The position numbers and the translations under genes were made by a program. A DNA stretch of 64,000 nt, taken from NCBI GenBank assembly GCA_035353055.1, contig DAOPYW010000001.1:21687-85686 (forward strand), given 5' to 3'. Source of the DNA: Bacilli bacterium (GTDB lineage Bacteria > Bacillota_I > Bacilli_A > RFN20 > CAG-826). Below, piece after piece: positions 45,984-55,553 of the stretch; positions within the stretch are counted from its first letter, which is position 1; each line of letters begins with the position of its first letter. Under the pieces are notes generated by a model that made no database searches, was not told where the DNA came from, and saw only the letters and a list, made by a program, of their open reading frames with translations.

Positions 45984-48592
45984 TGTTTTGCTCCTTTGGG
46001 TATCTGCATAGTAACGCAGTGGATATTTCCACCACCAATCAATATTTCTTTGGAATAAATCTGGATGACTTCTTTATCGGGGAAGATGGCTTTGAATTGC
46101 TCTAGAGCAATCTGATCTTCCTTGACTCCGAAGCCAGGAATGATAACAAAGCGGTCGCTCTGATAGAAGTTGATGTAGGTCGCTAAGAGATTGTCGCCCG
46201 CTTGGCGAGGCTTAGCGTTGTAGCGGCTGGCGGAGATGCCTTTAGCTTCTTTAGTTGATAAATATATCGGAGCGGGCATCTTGACTTTAGTCACTTTGAG
46301 AGTTCGTCCATGAGCGTCTTTCGTGGTCTCGAGAATTTTTAGGGCTCTAGTGGCAGCGCTATATTGAACTTTGTCGGCGGTTGATGGCCAAGCCAGCAAG
46401 ACTTCGCCGGGGCGAGCAAACGCCACCATGTTATCGACGTGCTCATCAGTCTCATCGCCGATGATGCCATGGGGAATCCAGATGATGTCGTTGACGCCGA
46501 GGTATACTTTGAGGGTTTCCTCGATTTCAGCTTTGCTGAGATGAGGGTTGCGCCCTTTGGAGAGGAAGCAAGCTTCGGTGACGATGAGGGTGCCATCGCC
46601 ATCCGTGGCAATCGCACCGCCCTCCATGACGAAGGAAGGCAAGCGGTAACTTGAGAGCTTGAATTTCTTGACGATGTTATTGCCTAAGGCATCATCATCT
46701 TGATAGTTGGTGTATAAGCCATCGTACTCGCCGCCCCAAGCATTGAAGCGGAAGTCGACGCTGCGGATATCGTTCTGCTTGTTGCGCAGGAAAATAAGCG
46801 TGTTATCGCGTGCCCAAGCGTCGTTGTAGCGAACTTTGATGGGAATGACGTTGGGAATATTTTCGAGCCACGCAAGGCTCTTTTTATATATTGTCGGGTG
46901 AACTCCGACATAGACCTTTTCGAATTTTGCGATTGTCGCGATTAATTCGCGGTATTCTTCAGTAGCGTCTTTGGCGTGGTTGCGCCAGACATCGCTGCGG
47001 AAGGGCAGGAGGATGATCGTTCCATCATGCTTATCGCCTTCAAAAGGCAAGTAATAGCCATCTCTTCGGGGAGTAGTCTGCTCATTTTTGACGTAATCAT
47101 GCAATCTTTTCTTATAGAAAGAGAAGTTTTTCCATCTCTCTTCATCGACGATTTCCACTAGCTCGCAATTGGGATGATTGGATAAAATCGTGCACTGCTT
47201 GTTCAAGCCATCTTCGATTTGGAAGATGATGTCTTTGGAAAAGACTTCGCCCGCTTGGATGAGCGGGATTCCCGGAGGGTAGATGACAATGGATTCTTTG
47301 CTGATGTGATTCAAGGCTTGGCGGAGCGGAACTGCAAGGCTCGGAGCGAAGAAAGCCGTTCTCGGTCTGGCGAGCATAAAGCCATATTTAAAGGCAAAGG
47401 AATGCATCGGATAAGTCTGATTCTTGTGGAAGTGCTCTTTAGAGATGCTCTTCAGAGCTTTGACTAAGGCGTTGAGGTGAGCATCGGTCGTTCCGAGGGC
47501 TAAGATGCAGAGGATGACGTAGGTTTCCGCTAGCTCGACTTGCACATGGTAGCGAGTTTTTAAAAGGCGGTAGACTTCGTAGCCGTTGATATCGAGGCGA
47601 TCGAGTTCAATCAAGAGCTTGGTTTTATCGTAGTTAAAAGCCCCGGAGGATTTGAAGTAATCTTTCCCGCGGACGATGAAGCCGGGAATCTTGTTGATTT
47701 CATCAAAAGCTCTCTCGCTGATAGCGATTACTCGCTTGGAGACCTCTTCACCATGCTCAGCGATGTAAGCGCGAGCGGCATCCAAAGAGCCGATCAATAT
47801 TGAGCTCGGTGAGGTGGTATTCATAAGGTTGAGAGTCTCTTGAATCTTGATATTGGAGACGCGGTCACCTTTTAATAATAAAACCGAGGACTGAGTGAGC
47901 GAACCGGCGGTCTTATGGAAGGAGACGGAGCTGAGATCCGCTCCAGCATCCATCGCGGTGACAGGATCGTTGTTGGTCAAGTAGTAATGCGCGCCATGCG
48001 CCTCATCGACGATGACGGCCATGTTTCTCTCGTGGGCGAATTCCACGATTGAGCGCAGGTCAGCGATGACGCCAAAATAAGTCGGGTTGATCACGACAAC
48101 GGCTTTTGCGGAAGGATAGCGCTGGATCATTTTTTTATATTCCTCTAAAGAGGGTTGATTAGCAATTTCAATGTTCGCATCGATGTGGGGTTCCACATAG
48201 ATGGGGACGGCGCCAGAGAGAACTAAGGCGTTTGTTAAAGATTTATGGACATTGCGGGGAATGATGATCTTATCGGTCGGCTTGCAGACCGTCATCACCG
48301 CGGCGATGAGACCCGAAGAAGTGCCGTTAATTAAAAAATAAGCGTAGTCTGCGTGACAGACTTCCGCCATTAATTTCTCACTTTGCAAAATAACCCCGCT
48401 AGGGTGGGCTAAATTATCTAATCCATAAGGGGCATTGACATCGCATTGGTAGACCTTTTTGCCGACGAGATCAGTCATCTCATTTTTGATGTTGCCCATG
48501 TGGTGTCCAGGTACATCAAAAGGGGATATCCCTTCATTAACATAGCTCTTTAGAGCATCTACAAAAGGCGTCTGAATGTCTTTCTTGTCCAT
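45974..48592 (-). CDS. Fusion of Orn/Lys/Arg-decarboxylase-family arginine decarboxylase (N-terminal) and agmatine deiminase (C-terminal)
   Basis: The N-terminal half matches the SpeA-type PLP decarboxylase (FDVPGHHMG, SFHKTAGSL). The C-terminal half matches AguA (YNDAWARD, FNAWGG, KGRNPHLSK, GGGNIHCVTMQ). It is a single 872-aa ORF. Confidence 0.8.
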   Translation of the reverse strand: MDKKDIQTPFVDALKSYVNEGISPFDVPGHHMGNIKNEMTDLVGKKVYQCDVNAPYGLDNLAHPSGVILQSEKLMAEVCHADYAYFLINGTSSGLIAAVMTVCKPTDKIIIPRNVHKSLTNALVLSGAVPIYVEPHIDANIEIANQPSLEEYKKMIQRYPSAKAVVVINPTYFGVIADLRSIVEFAHERNMAVIVDEAHGAHYYLTNNDPVTAMDAGADLSSVSFHKTAGSLTQSSVLLLKGDRVSNIKIQETLNLMNTTSPSSILIGSLDAARAYIAEHGEEVSKRVIAISERAFDEINKIPGFIVRGKDYFKSSGAFNYDKTKLLIELDRLDINGYEVYRLLKTRYHVQVELAETYVILCILALGTTDAHLNALVKALKSISKEHFHKNQTYPMHSFAFKYGFMLARPRTAFFAPSLAVPLRQALNHISKESIVIYPPGIPLIQAGEVFSKDIIFQIEDGLNKQCTILSNHPNCELVEIVDEERWKNFSFYKKRLHDYVKNEQTTPRRDGYYLPFEGDKHDGTIILLPFRSDVWRNHAKDATEEYRELIATIAKFEKVYVGVHPTIYKKSLAWLENIPNVIPIKVRYNDAWARDNTLIFLRNKQNDIRSVDFRFNAWGGEYDGLYTNYQDDDALGNNIVKKFKLSSYRLPSFVMEGGAIATDGDGTLIVTEACFLSKGRNPHLSKAEIEETLKVYLGVNDIIWIPHGIIGDETDEHVDNMVAFARPGEVLLAWPSTADKVQYSAATRALKILETTKDAHGRTLKVTKVKMPAPIYLSTKEAKGISASRYNAKPRQAGDNLLATYINFYQSDRFVIIPGFGVKEDQIALEQFKAIFPDKEVIQIYSKEILIGGGNIHCVTMQIPKGAKHES

Positions 48593-48689
48593 TTCTACAT
48601 TATGTTAATCTTACTATCTACGATATACAATAGTTTTTTTCAAAAATAAAAGAGGAAAATTTCTCCCTTATATTCGCGAAGGATAATTT

Positions 48690-49388
48690 CTATTTTTTAT
48701 TCTTTGGCGTGAGAATTAGCTCTGGTTCTGGAAGAGTGACACGGTAGTTATCGGGGATGGATTTCAAGAGGAAAACGTTCGAGCCAATGACGACATTTTC
48801 ACCGATCACTACTTCGCCGCCGAGAATAGAAGCACCAGCGTAAATAGTGACGTGATCTTTGATGGTTGGGTGGCGTTTAACGCCTTTTAAAAGGCGACCC
48901 TTGGATAACGACAGGGCCCCTAAAGTCACGCCCTGATACATTTTGACATAGCTGCCGATATCGGTAGTTTCGCCGATGACGATGCCCGTTCCGTGATCAA
49001 TAAAGAAAGGCGAGGCAATATTGGCGCCCGGATGAATATCAATGCCAGTCAATAAGTGAGCTTGCTCGCTGATGATGCGCGCTTGAAGCTTATAACCAAG
49101 GTTATATAAGATGTGGGCTAACCGATGATAAGTGATCGCAAAGTAGCCAGGATAGGCGAGGATAATCTCTTCTTTGCTATCCACTGCGGGATCGCTCTCA
49201 TAGAAGAACTCTAAATCCTTTTCCAATTGTTTATTTACCGCTGGCAGATCTTCTAAAAAGATTTGGAGCTTCTTATCGTCAGTATCATCGATGCTGGACA
49301 AAAACTCCGCTTTGACATCGATGTCTTGCTTGCAGATCAAATACTTTTTTAAGGCATTAGCAAAGCTGATTACTTTTTCTTTTACCAT
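48690..49388 (-). CDS. cysE: Serine O-acetyltransferase
   Basis: Hexapeptide-repeat left-handed beta-helix (GANIASPFFIDHGTGIVIGETTDIG…). Confidence 0.8.
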   Translation of the reverse strand: MVKEKVISFANALKKYLICKQDIDVKAEFLSSIDDTDDKKLQIFLEDLPAVNKQLEKDLEFFYESDPAVDSKEEIILAYPGYFAITYHRLAHILYNLGYKLQARIISEQAHLLTGIDIHPGANIASPFFIDHGTGIVIGETTDIGSYVKMYQGVTLGALSLSKGRLLKGVKRHPTIKDHVTIYAGASILGGEVVIGENVVIGSNVFLLKSIPDNYRVTLPEPELILTPKNKK

Positions 49389-50302
49389 GTGTAGCGGTCT
49401 CCTTTATCAGGGAATATCACGAGGATATTTTTATCTTGGAGGTGATGCTTTTTCGCGTACTCAATCGCTCCGAGGAGCGCAGCTCCGCTGGAATAGCCAA
49501 TGTCGAGGTCTTCGAGGTCTCTGACGATTTTGGCCATCTCGATGCTTTTAGCATCATCGACATCGACGACTTCATCGAGGCAATCTCTATTTAGAGTATG
49601 AGGAACAAAATTCGCGCTGATGCCTTCGATGCGATGTGAATGAGCTTCTCCTTTAGTTAATAAGGGAGATTGCAAGGCTTCGACACCCACTACTACGACA
49701 TCTTTTTGCGCCTTTTTAAAATAGGCAGCACATCCGCTGACGGTACCTCCCGTGCCGATGCCGGAGACAAAGACATCGAGATCAGGGACTTGCTTCAATA
49801 TTTCCGGGCCAGTTCCCATAAAATGGGACATGGGGTTATTTTCATCTTCAAATTGACCGAAGATGAAAGAGTTTTCAATCTCTTGGTGGAGCTCTTCGGC
49901 TTTTTTCTTGCAGTCCGCCATCCCGCCTTTGACGAGGACTAAGACACCGCCATAGCTGGCGATCATCTTTCTTCGCTCTAATGACATGCTCTCAGGCATC
50001 ACGATAATGGCCCGATAATGGAAGACTGAGGAATAGAAGCTCAGAGCGATGCCGGTGTTTCCCGATGTCGCTTCGATGATGGTTGTTCCTTGTCGGAGGA
50101 GACCTTTCTTTTGATCTTCTAACAGCATGTAGTAAACGGGGCGATCTTTTATCGACCCCGTGGGGTTGGTGTTCTCGACTTTAGCGAAAAGATGATTTTT
50201 TACATCGTACTTCTCTTCGATTTTCTTTAATGGCACTACTTTAGTGTTGCCGGGTATATATTTCATATTCTTGTATAAAAAGGCGGGCTTACGCTCCGCC
50301 AT
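49382..50302 (-). CDS. cysK: Cysteine synthase A (O-acetylserine sulfhydrylase)
   Basis: The PLP-lysine motif NPTGSIKDR and GTGGT are present. The start MAERKP has RBS AAGGAAA; the track's longer N-terminus overlaps the upstream small ORF. Confidence 0.85.
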   Translation of the reverse strand: MAERKPAFLYKNMKYIPGNTKVVPLKKIEEKYDVKNHLFAKVENTNPTGSIKDRPVYYMLLEDQKKGLLRQGTTIIEATSGNTGIALSFYSSVFHYRAIIVMPESMSLERRKMIASYGGVLVLVKGGMADCKKKAEELHQEIENSFIFGQFEDENNPMSHFMGTGPEILKQVPDLDVFVSGIGTGGTVSGCAAYFKKAQKDVVVVGVEALQSPLLTKGEAHSHRIEGISANFVPHTLNRDCLDEVVDVDDAKSIEMAKIVRDLEDLDIGYSSGAALLGAIEYAKKHHLQDKNILVIFPDKGDRYTW

Positions 50303-50307
50303 TTTCC

Positions 50308-50466
50308 TTATTTTTCTTTTGCCAATCGATGCGATACTTGCTGCTTGCACATTGGGCAGATGGTAAAACCTTCGGGTTTCAAGGGAGTCTTTTGAATTTC
50401 ATCCTCAGTATAGGTATAAACAAATCCGCAATGAGGACACTTCACTTCGTAAACTTTTTTTGACAT
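50308..50466 (-). CDS. Small Zn-ribbon protein (52 aa, CPHC…CPMC) heading the cysK-cysE operon
   Basis: The ORF reads MSKKVYEVKCPHCGFVYTYTEDEIQKTPLKPEGFTICPMCKQQVSHRLAKEK. An AAGGAG lies 11 nt upstream. Its stop is 5 nt before the cysK ATG. It is below the ORF-track length cutoff. Confidence 0.45.
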   Translation of the reverse strand: MSKKVYEVKCPHCGFVYTYTEDEIQKTPLKPEGFTICPMCKQQVSHRLAKEK

Positions 50467-50596
50467 ATGCTTAATATCTCCTTAGTATCTTCGTTAGTGA
50501 TTATAACATTAATCGCTTTTTTGTGGTAGCACCACGCATATCAAAAATATATACTTAAAATAATCAAATAAGGTAGAGAGGTTTAGGCATTATAAA

Positions 50597-51295
50597 ATGG
50601 CTATCACCACTTTTAGGCGAGTTGAGAAAAAGTATGTCGTCACGGAAGAAGATAAGCAAAAGCTTCTCCCTATTTTAAGAGAGCACATGGCTCTTGACCC
50701 CTACTGTCTCAATGAGGAAACCTATCATATTCAGAATTTATATTTTGATACCGCCCATAATAGCCTGATTGTCAAATCCATCGCTAAGCCGCTCTTTAAA
50801 GAGAAGGTGCGCTTAAGAAAATACGATGGCGAGGATTTCATCTATCTCGAGATCAAGAAAAAAGTGGTTGGCGTGGTCGGAAAGCGTAGAATAAGGCTAA
50901 GCCAGCAAGAAGGCGACGACTTCATCTTCAGAGGCATAAAGCCGATTCGAGAAGCACCCTTAGATATTCAGCTCGTCGAAGAGATGAGCTACTTCCTCTC
51001 CCTCTACAGGATTGAGCCAAAGGTATATATCTGCTACGACCGCTTAGGGTTCTTCGATAAAGATGATCCAGAATTCCGCCTCACCTTCGATAGCAATATC
51101 CACTCCAGAAGAAATCACTTTGAGTGGGATAAGGATGACTACGAAAACAATCTATTGCCCAAAGGGTACTATGTCATGGAAATCAAGAGCGTCAAGAACT
51201 TGCCCTTGTGGCTAGTTCAAGCTCTCAGCCATTTAAAAATCTACCCGCAGTCATATAGCAAATATGGCACGGAATACCAAATCAATCACCGATAA
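50597..51295 (+). CDS. VTC-domain (polyphosphate-polymerase-like/CYTH-like) protein
   Basis: The pattern (RRVEKKYVV…, EIKKKVVGVVGKRRIRL) is VTC-like. Its pairing with a DUF4956-type membrane protein is the canonical bacterial arrangement. Confidence 0.55.
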   Translation: MAITTFRRVEKKYVVTEEDKQKLLPILREHMALDPYCLNEETYHIQNLYFDTAHNSLIVKSIAKPLFKEKVRLRKYDGEDFIYLEIKKKVVGVVGKRRIRLSQQEGDDFIFRGIKPIREAPLDIQLVEEMSYFLSLYRIEPKVYICYDRLGFFDKDDPEFRLTFDSNIHSRRNHFEWDKDDYENNLLPKGYYVMEIKSVKNLPLWLVQALSHLKIYPQSYSKYGTEYQINHR

Positions 51296-51309
51296 AGGAG
51301 AAAAAATTA

Positions 51310-52028
51310 TGTTCGATTCAATCATTTCCGAAACCGCACCCCAATGGTGGGCGATGCTCATCTCGATCGCTGTCGCTTTATTAATGGGAATAGTCTTTGC
51401 TATCTTGTACGCAAAACTCAAAGAGCATGATAGCTACTATAAAGATATGCCCATCAGCTTCGCTTTATTTCCTTTTATCGTCGCAGTGCTAGTAATCGGC
51501 ATCACCTTATTGACCATCTCATTTAGCGGCTCTGGCGATCTCACCACTTCCCGCTTGCTTCGCGCAGGTGGCGCTTTGCTAGGCTGCTTCCTCGTCTTGA
51601 GATTCCGCAGCTTTCCTCGAAGCTTCGAAGATCTCACCTATCTTTTCTCCCTTGTTGGCTGCGGCTTATTAGTGGGCCTCGGATATCTAGCTTTCTCCGG
51701 AATTCTCTACGCGGTCTTAATCGCGATGTTCATCATTTTCCGATTAGTTGGATTCCCGCAGATCTCTGCCCGTCGCTTGAATCTCAAAATCACCATTCCC
51801 GAAGATCTCAATTATGAAGGCGTCTTTGAAGAGACGATGAAAAAATACACTGTTCACTACGATTTAACGAAGATTAAATCAAGCGATATGGGAACTCTGT
51901 TTATTCTCAATTACGAAGTAACCCTCGCGAAGAATGCCTCCTTAAAAGATTTCATTGATGAGATCCGACAAAAAAACAGCAACCTTGACATTGCTGTCAG
52001 CAAGAAGAAATTTATCAGCGAAGAATAG
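51310..52028 (+). CDS. DUF4956-like integral membrane protein (partner of the VTC-domain protein)
   Basis: The start MFDSII follows an AAAGGAG RBS. It has three predicted TM helices and a soluble C-terminal domain. Confidence 0.5.
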
Positions 52029-52031
52029 CCC

Positions 52032-52589
52032 CTACTTTTTGGGATTATTTAAGATGTATTCCCGCGTATCTCTTTTGGTGCCCATGCGAGTGGTAAAGAC
52101 ATGAGCATAAGCATAGGTAAAGCCGCTTTTCTCAATCACTCGCTTAGAGCGAATATTATCGATGAAGTGTCCGACCGTCAGGTGGGACATTTTTAATGTA
52201 TTGAAGCAATAGTCAATCACCGCTTTGACCGCTTCGCTCATCAAGCCTTGACCCCAGTAGTCTTTCGATAGGACGTAGCCGATATCGCGGACAGTCTCTC
52301 CTGGATAGTAGGTGCGAGGGAAATGGGATTTTTCAAGCCCGAGAGAGCCGATGACCTTATTGTTCGCTTTATAGACGATAGAAAAGGTCTTCTTGGTCTG
52401 AATGAAGCTCTCGAGGATTTTGTGAGAGACGTTTTTGTCGGAGTGATGAACCCAGCCCGCCATCTCGCCGACACCATCGACAGAAGCGTATTCAAAGAAA
52501 TCATCGAGATCCTCGTAGCGGAAGGCACGGAGTATCAATCTCGGTGTTTCGAGAACCACATGCGTGAGGTTAATCGGTCGGTTAATCAT
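52032..52589 (-). CDS. GNAT-family N-acetyltransferase (RimJ/RimL-like)
   Basis: The acetyl-CoA-binding motifs IGSLGLE… and …YWGQGLMSEAVKAVIDY are present. Confidence 0.7.
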   Translation of the reverse strand: MINRPINLTHVVLETPRLILRAFRYEDLDDFFEYASVDGVGEMAGWVHHSDKNVSHKILESFIQTKKTFSIVYKANNKVIGSLGLEKSHFPRTYYPGETVRDIGYVLSKDYWGQGLMSEAVKAVIDYCFNTLKMSHLTVGHFIDNIRSKRVIEKSGFTYAYAHVFTTRMGTKRDTREYILNNPKK

Positions 52590-52699
52590 CGGTGTTTAAT
52601 CCTTTAATGTTATAAGCATTTTAGCACATCCCATCGAATTTCTTGGCAAAAATTGTGCGATTGAAATTGTTTGACAGGTTATATAAGCTTGCGATAGAG

Positions 52700-52966
52700 T
52701 AATAGCCAAAGACAGTGCGAAAGAGAAAGATATCACGAATCTGATAGAGAGTTTGCGGTTGGTGGAAGCAAATAGAGAACGATATGCAATATACACTTTC
52801 AAGTCGAATCGCTGAACTGACAGTAGGCGACTCCGGAAATCCTCCGTGACAGGGATAAGAGTTATATGACTCGATGAGTGATGGCAAACGCCATAAGATG
52901 GGTGGTACCGCGGAAATCATACGATCTTCGTCCCATAACTAGGGGGAGAAGATCGCTTTTTATTTT
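52700..52966 (+). promoter_or_regulatory. T-box riboswitch leader upstream of a tryptophanase/tyrosine phenol-lyase-family gene
   Basis: The T-box motif AAGATGGGTGGTACCGCGG sits at 52894-52912. The terminator ACGATCTTC…GAAGATCG plus CTTTTTATTTT is at 52921-52966. TTGACA at 52671 serves as a -35. Confidence 0.75.
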
Positions 52967-52993
52967 CTCGCTCCTGAGAAAGGAACATATTTT

Positions 52994-54445
52994 ATGTCTC
53001 ACATCGCCCGCTTCAAAGCTGAGCCTTTCCCATTAGAGATGCACAAGGCTCGCATCGTCCAGAAAATCACTCTGTTACCAATCAAAGAAAGATTAAAAGC
53101 CATCCAAGGGGCGGGAAACAACACCTTCTTATTAAGAAATCGCGACGTCTTCCTCGATATGCTGACCGACAGCGGCACGAATGCGATGAGCAATGAGCAG
53201 ATCGCTGCGATGAATATCGCTGATGACGCTTATGCGGGAAGCGAGACCTTCTATCGCTTAGAGAAAGCCGTCAATCGCTTTTTCGGCACGAAGTACTTCT
53301 TGCCTGCCCATCAAGGCCGAGCTTGCGAGCACATCTTGGCCAAGCAATATGTCAAGCCCGGGGATGTCGTCCCGATGAACTATCACTTCACCACCACAAA
53401 GGCTCATATCATGGAATGCGGTGGCACGGTCGAAGAATGCTTCATCGATGAGGCAGTAAAAACCACTAGCAATTGCCCATTCAAGGGTGATATGGACATG
53501 GATAAATTAAGAGCCATCGTCAATAAAGTCGGGAGCAACCATGTTCCCTTTATCAGAATCGAGCTAGGCACCAACCTCATCGGTGGTCAGCCCATCTCTT
53601 TAAGAAGCATTAAAGAAGTCAGCAGCTTTGCTCGCAAAGAAGGGATCATGATGGTCATCGACGCGAGCTTATTAGCGGATAATCTCTACTTCATCAAGCA
53701 GAGAGAAACAGCCTATAAAAATGCTGATACTCAAACCATCGTTCACGAGATCGCCAAATGCGCGGATATCATCTATTTCTCCGCTCGCAAGTTGGCCTGT
53801 GCGAGAGGCGGTGGATTAGCGATGCTCAGCCAGAAATACTTCGATGATATGAAATCTCTGGTACCACTATATGAAGGGTTCCTCACCTATGGTGGTATGT
53901 CCGTCCGAGAGATGGAAGCCATGGCAGTAGGCTTAGAAGAGACCCTCGACATGGATATGATCTCTCAGGGTCCTGAATTCATCAGTGAGTTCGCCTCACA
54001 ACTGCAAAAAGAAGGTATCCCCATTGTCACCCCCGCGGGAGGATTGGGACTACATATTAACGCGAGAGAATTCTTGCCTCATATCCGCGGCGAGCAATAT
54101 CCCGCGGGAGTGCTGGCCACCGCCATCTACCTCATCACTGGATCAAGAGGCATGGAAAGGGGCACCATTTCTGAAGCGCGCAACCCCGATGGTAGCGAGC
54201 ACATCGCTTCTGTGGAACTCGTCAGATTAGCGATGCCAAGAAGAGTATTCACTCTATCTCATATCACCTTTATGGTTGATCGTTTAGCGTGGCTATATAA
54301 AAATCGCGACCTAATCGGTGGCTTAAAGTTCATCGAAGAGCCACAAGTGCTCCGCTTCTTTATCGGACGCCTAGGAGAGATCGGCGATTGGCAGGAACGA
54401 TTAGTAGATAAATTCATCGAAGACTTTGGCAAAGACGCCTTATAG
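52994..54445 (+). CDS. Beta-eliminating lyase (tryptophanase/tyrosine phenol-lyase family, PLP-dependent)
   Basis: It is 483 aa with …FLLRNRDVFLDMLTDSGTNAMS…AGSE…FYRLE…, a PLP-lysine region …FSARKLA…, and the C-terminal …LKFIEEPQVLRFF. It is colinear with TnaA/TPL. Confidence 0.8.
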   Translation: MSHIARFKAEPFPLEMHKARIVQKITLLPIKERLKAIQGAGNNTFLLRNRDVFLDMLTDSGTNAMSNEQIAAMNIADDAYAGSETFYRLEKAVNRFFGTKYFLPAHQGRACEHILAKQYVKPGDVVPMNYHFTTTKAHIMECGGTVEECFIDEAVKTTSNCPFKGDMDMDKLRAIVNKVGSNHVPFIRIELGTNLIGGQPISLRSIKEVSSFARKEGIMMVIDASLLADNLYFIKQRETAYKNADTQTIVHEIAKCADIIYFSARKLACARGGGLAMLSQKYFDDMKSLVPLYEGFLTYGGMSVREMEAMAVGLEETLDMDMISQGPEFISEFASQLQKEGIPIVTPAGGLGLHINAREFLPHIRGEQYPAGVLATAIYLITGSRGMERGTISEARNPDGSEHIASVELVRLAMPRRVFTLSHITFMVDRLAWLYKNRDLIGGLKFIEEPQVLRFFIGRLGEIGDWQERLVDKFIEDFGKDAL

Positions 54446-54475
54446 ACACTCGCAGAATAAATCAACGAATCATTA

Positions 54476-54515
54476 AAAATACCCAGCATTATTGTCATTG
54501 GGTATTTTCTTTTGA
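54476..54515. terminator. Bidirectional rho-independent terminator between convergent tnaA-like and corA genes
   Basis: AAAAATACCCA-GCATTATTGTCA-TTGGGTATTTTCTTTTG. Confidence 0.7.
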
Positions 54516-54590
54516 TTTGATTTTTTTATTTTTTTGATCGAGGGATAAGCAGTTTTTTGCGATTAAAACATTCTTTTAAAATGCGGATAT

Positions 54591-55553
54591 CTATTTGATG
54601 CGATTGGTCATTTTAATCAAAACAATTGCACCCACGATGGAGAGAAGCAAACTGGCCCCGACGACGATGAAGAATCCAGCGGGAGAATCCCCGAGGGGAA
54701 TGTTCTTAAAATTCATTCCATAGAACGAAGCCACTAAGGTTGGGATGGAGAGAACGATGGTTATCACCGCTAAAACCTTCATCACGATATTGAGGTTATT
54801 AGAGATGATCGACGCGAAGGCATCCATGGTGCCAGCGAGAATGTCGCGGTAAACCGAGCACATGTCCACGGCCTGATTGAATTCGATCTCGGTATCTTCA
54901 AGCAAATCCAAGTCGCTCTCAAATTGGTTAAATTCAGGGCTGCGGGTCAGCTTATGGACAACTACTTTATTTGAATTTAGGGAGTTGGAGAAGTAAACAA
55001 GCGATTTATTTAATTCCATCAGATCAAATAGCTCCTTGTTTCGCAGAGAAGTATGCAGCTCTTTTTCCACCTCTTTTGACTGCGCATCAATTCGCTTCAG
55101 GAAAGTGATGTAAGACACGGCGAGGCGATAGAGGAATAGCAAGGTCAAACGAATGGTTTTGTGCGGTTCGATTTTTTTGTTTTTTGCGATTAGATCTTTT
55201 ACAAGATAGGTCTCTTGAGCGCTGATGGTAATCAGATGGTTATCGCAAAGAATAAGGGCGAACGGAATCGTTGTGTAAGCATATTTATTGTTTTTGCTCG
55301 TATCGAAGATCGGCAAATCTAAAATAATCAATTTGGCATTGTCATCGGTATCGATGTGAGAGCTTTCTTCTTCGTCGGTGGCGCTTTTTAAGAATTCAGG
55401 GGGGACATTAAACGTGATGCGCAACCATTCAATTTCTTGAGCGGTTGGGGCGATGACGTCGAGCCATGAATTGGCGATAATCTCGACATTTTCGGTGATT
55501 ATCACCTCTGATTTTTCTAGTTTGCTGTTTTTTTCAAAGTATTGGTTAATCAT
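54591..55553 (-). CDS. corA: CorA-family Mg2+/Co2+ transporter
   Basis: Two C-terminal TM helices carry the signature YGMNF. It is 320 aa. Confidence 0.85.
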   Translation of the reverse strand: MINQYFEKNSKLEKSEVIITENVEIIANSWLDVIAPTAQEIEWLRITFNVPPEFLKSATDEEESSHIDTDDNAKLIILDLPIFDTSKNNKYAYTTIPFALILCDNHLITISAQETYLVKDLIAKNKKIEPHKTIRLTLLFLYRLAVSYITFLKRIDAQSKEVEKELHTSLRNKELFDLMELNKSLVYFSNSLNSNKVVVHKLTRSPEFNQFESDLDLLEDTEIEFNQAVDMCSVYRDILAGTMDAFASIISNNLNIVMKVLAVITIVLSIPTLVASFYGMNFKNIPLGDSPAGFFIVVGASLLLSIVGAIVLIKMTNRIK

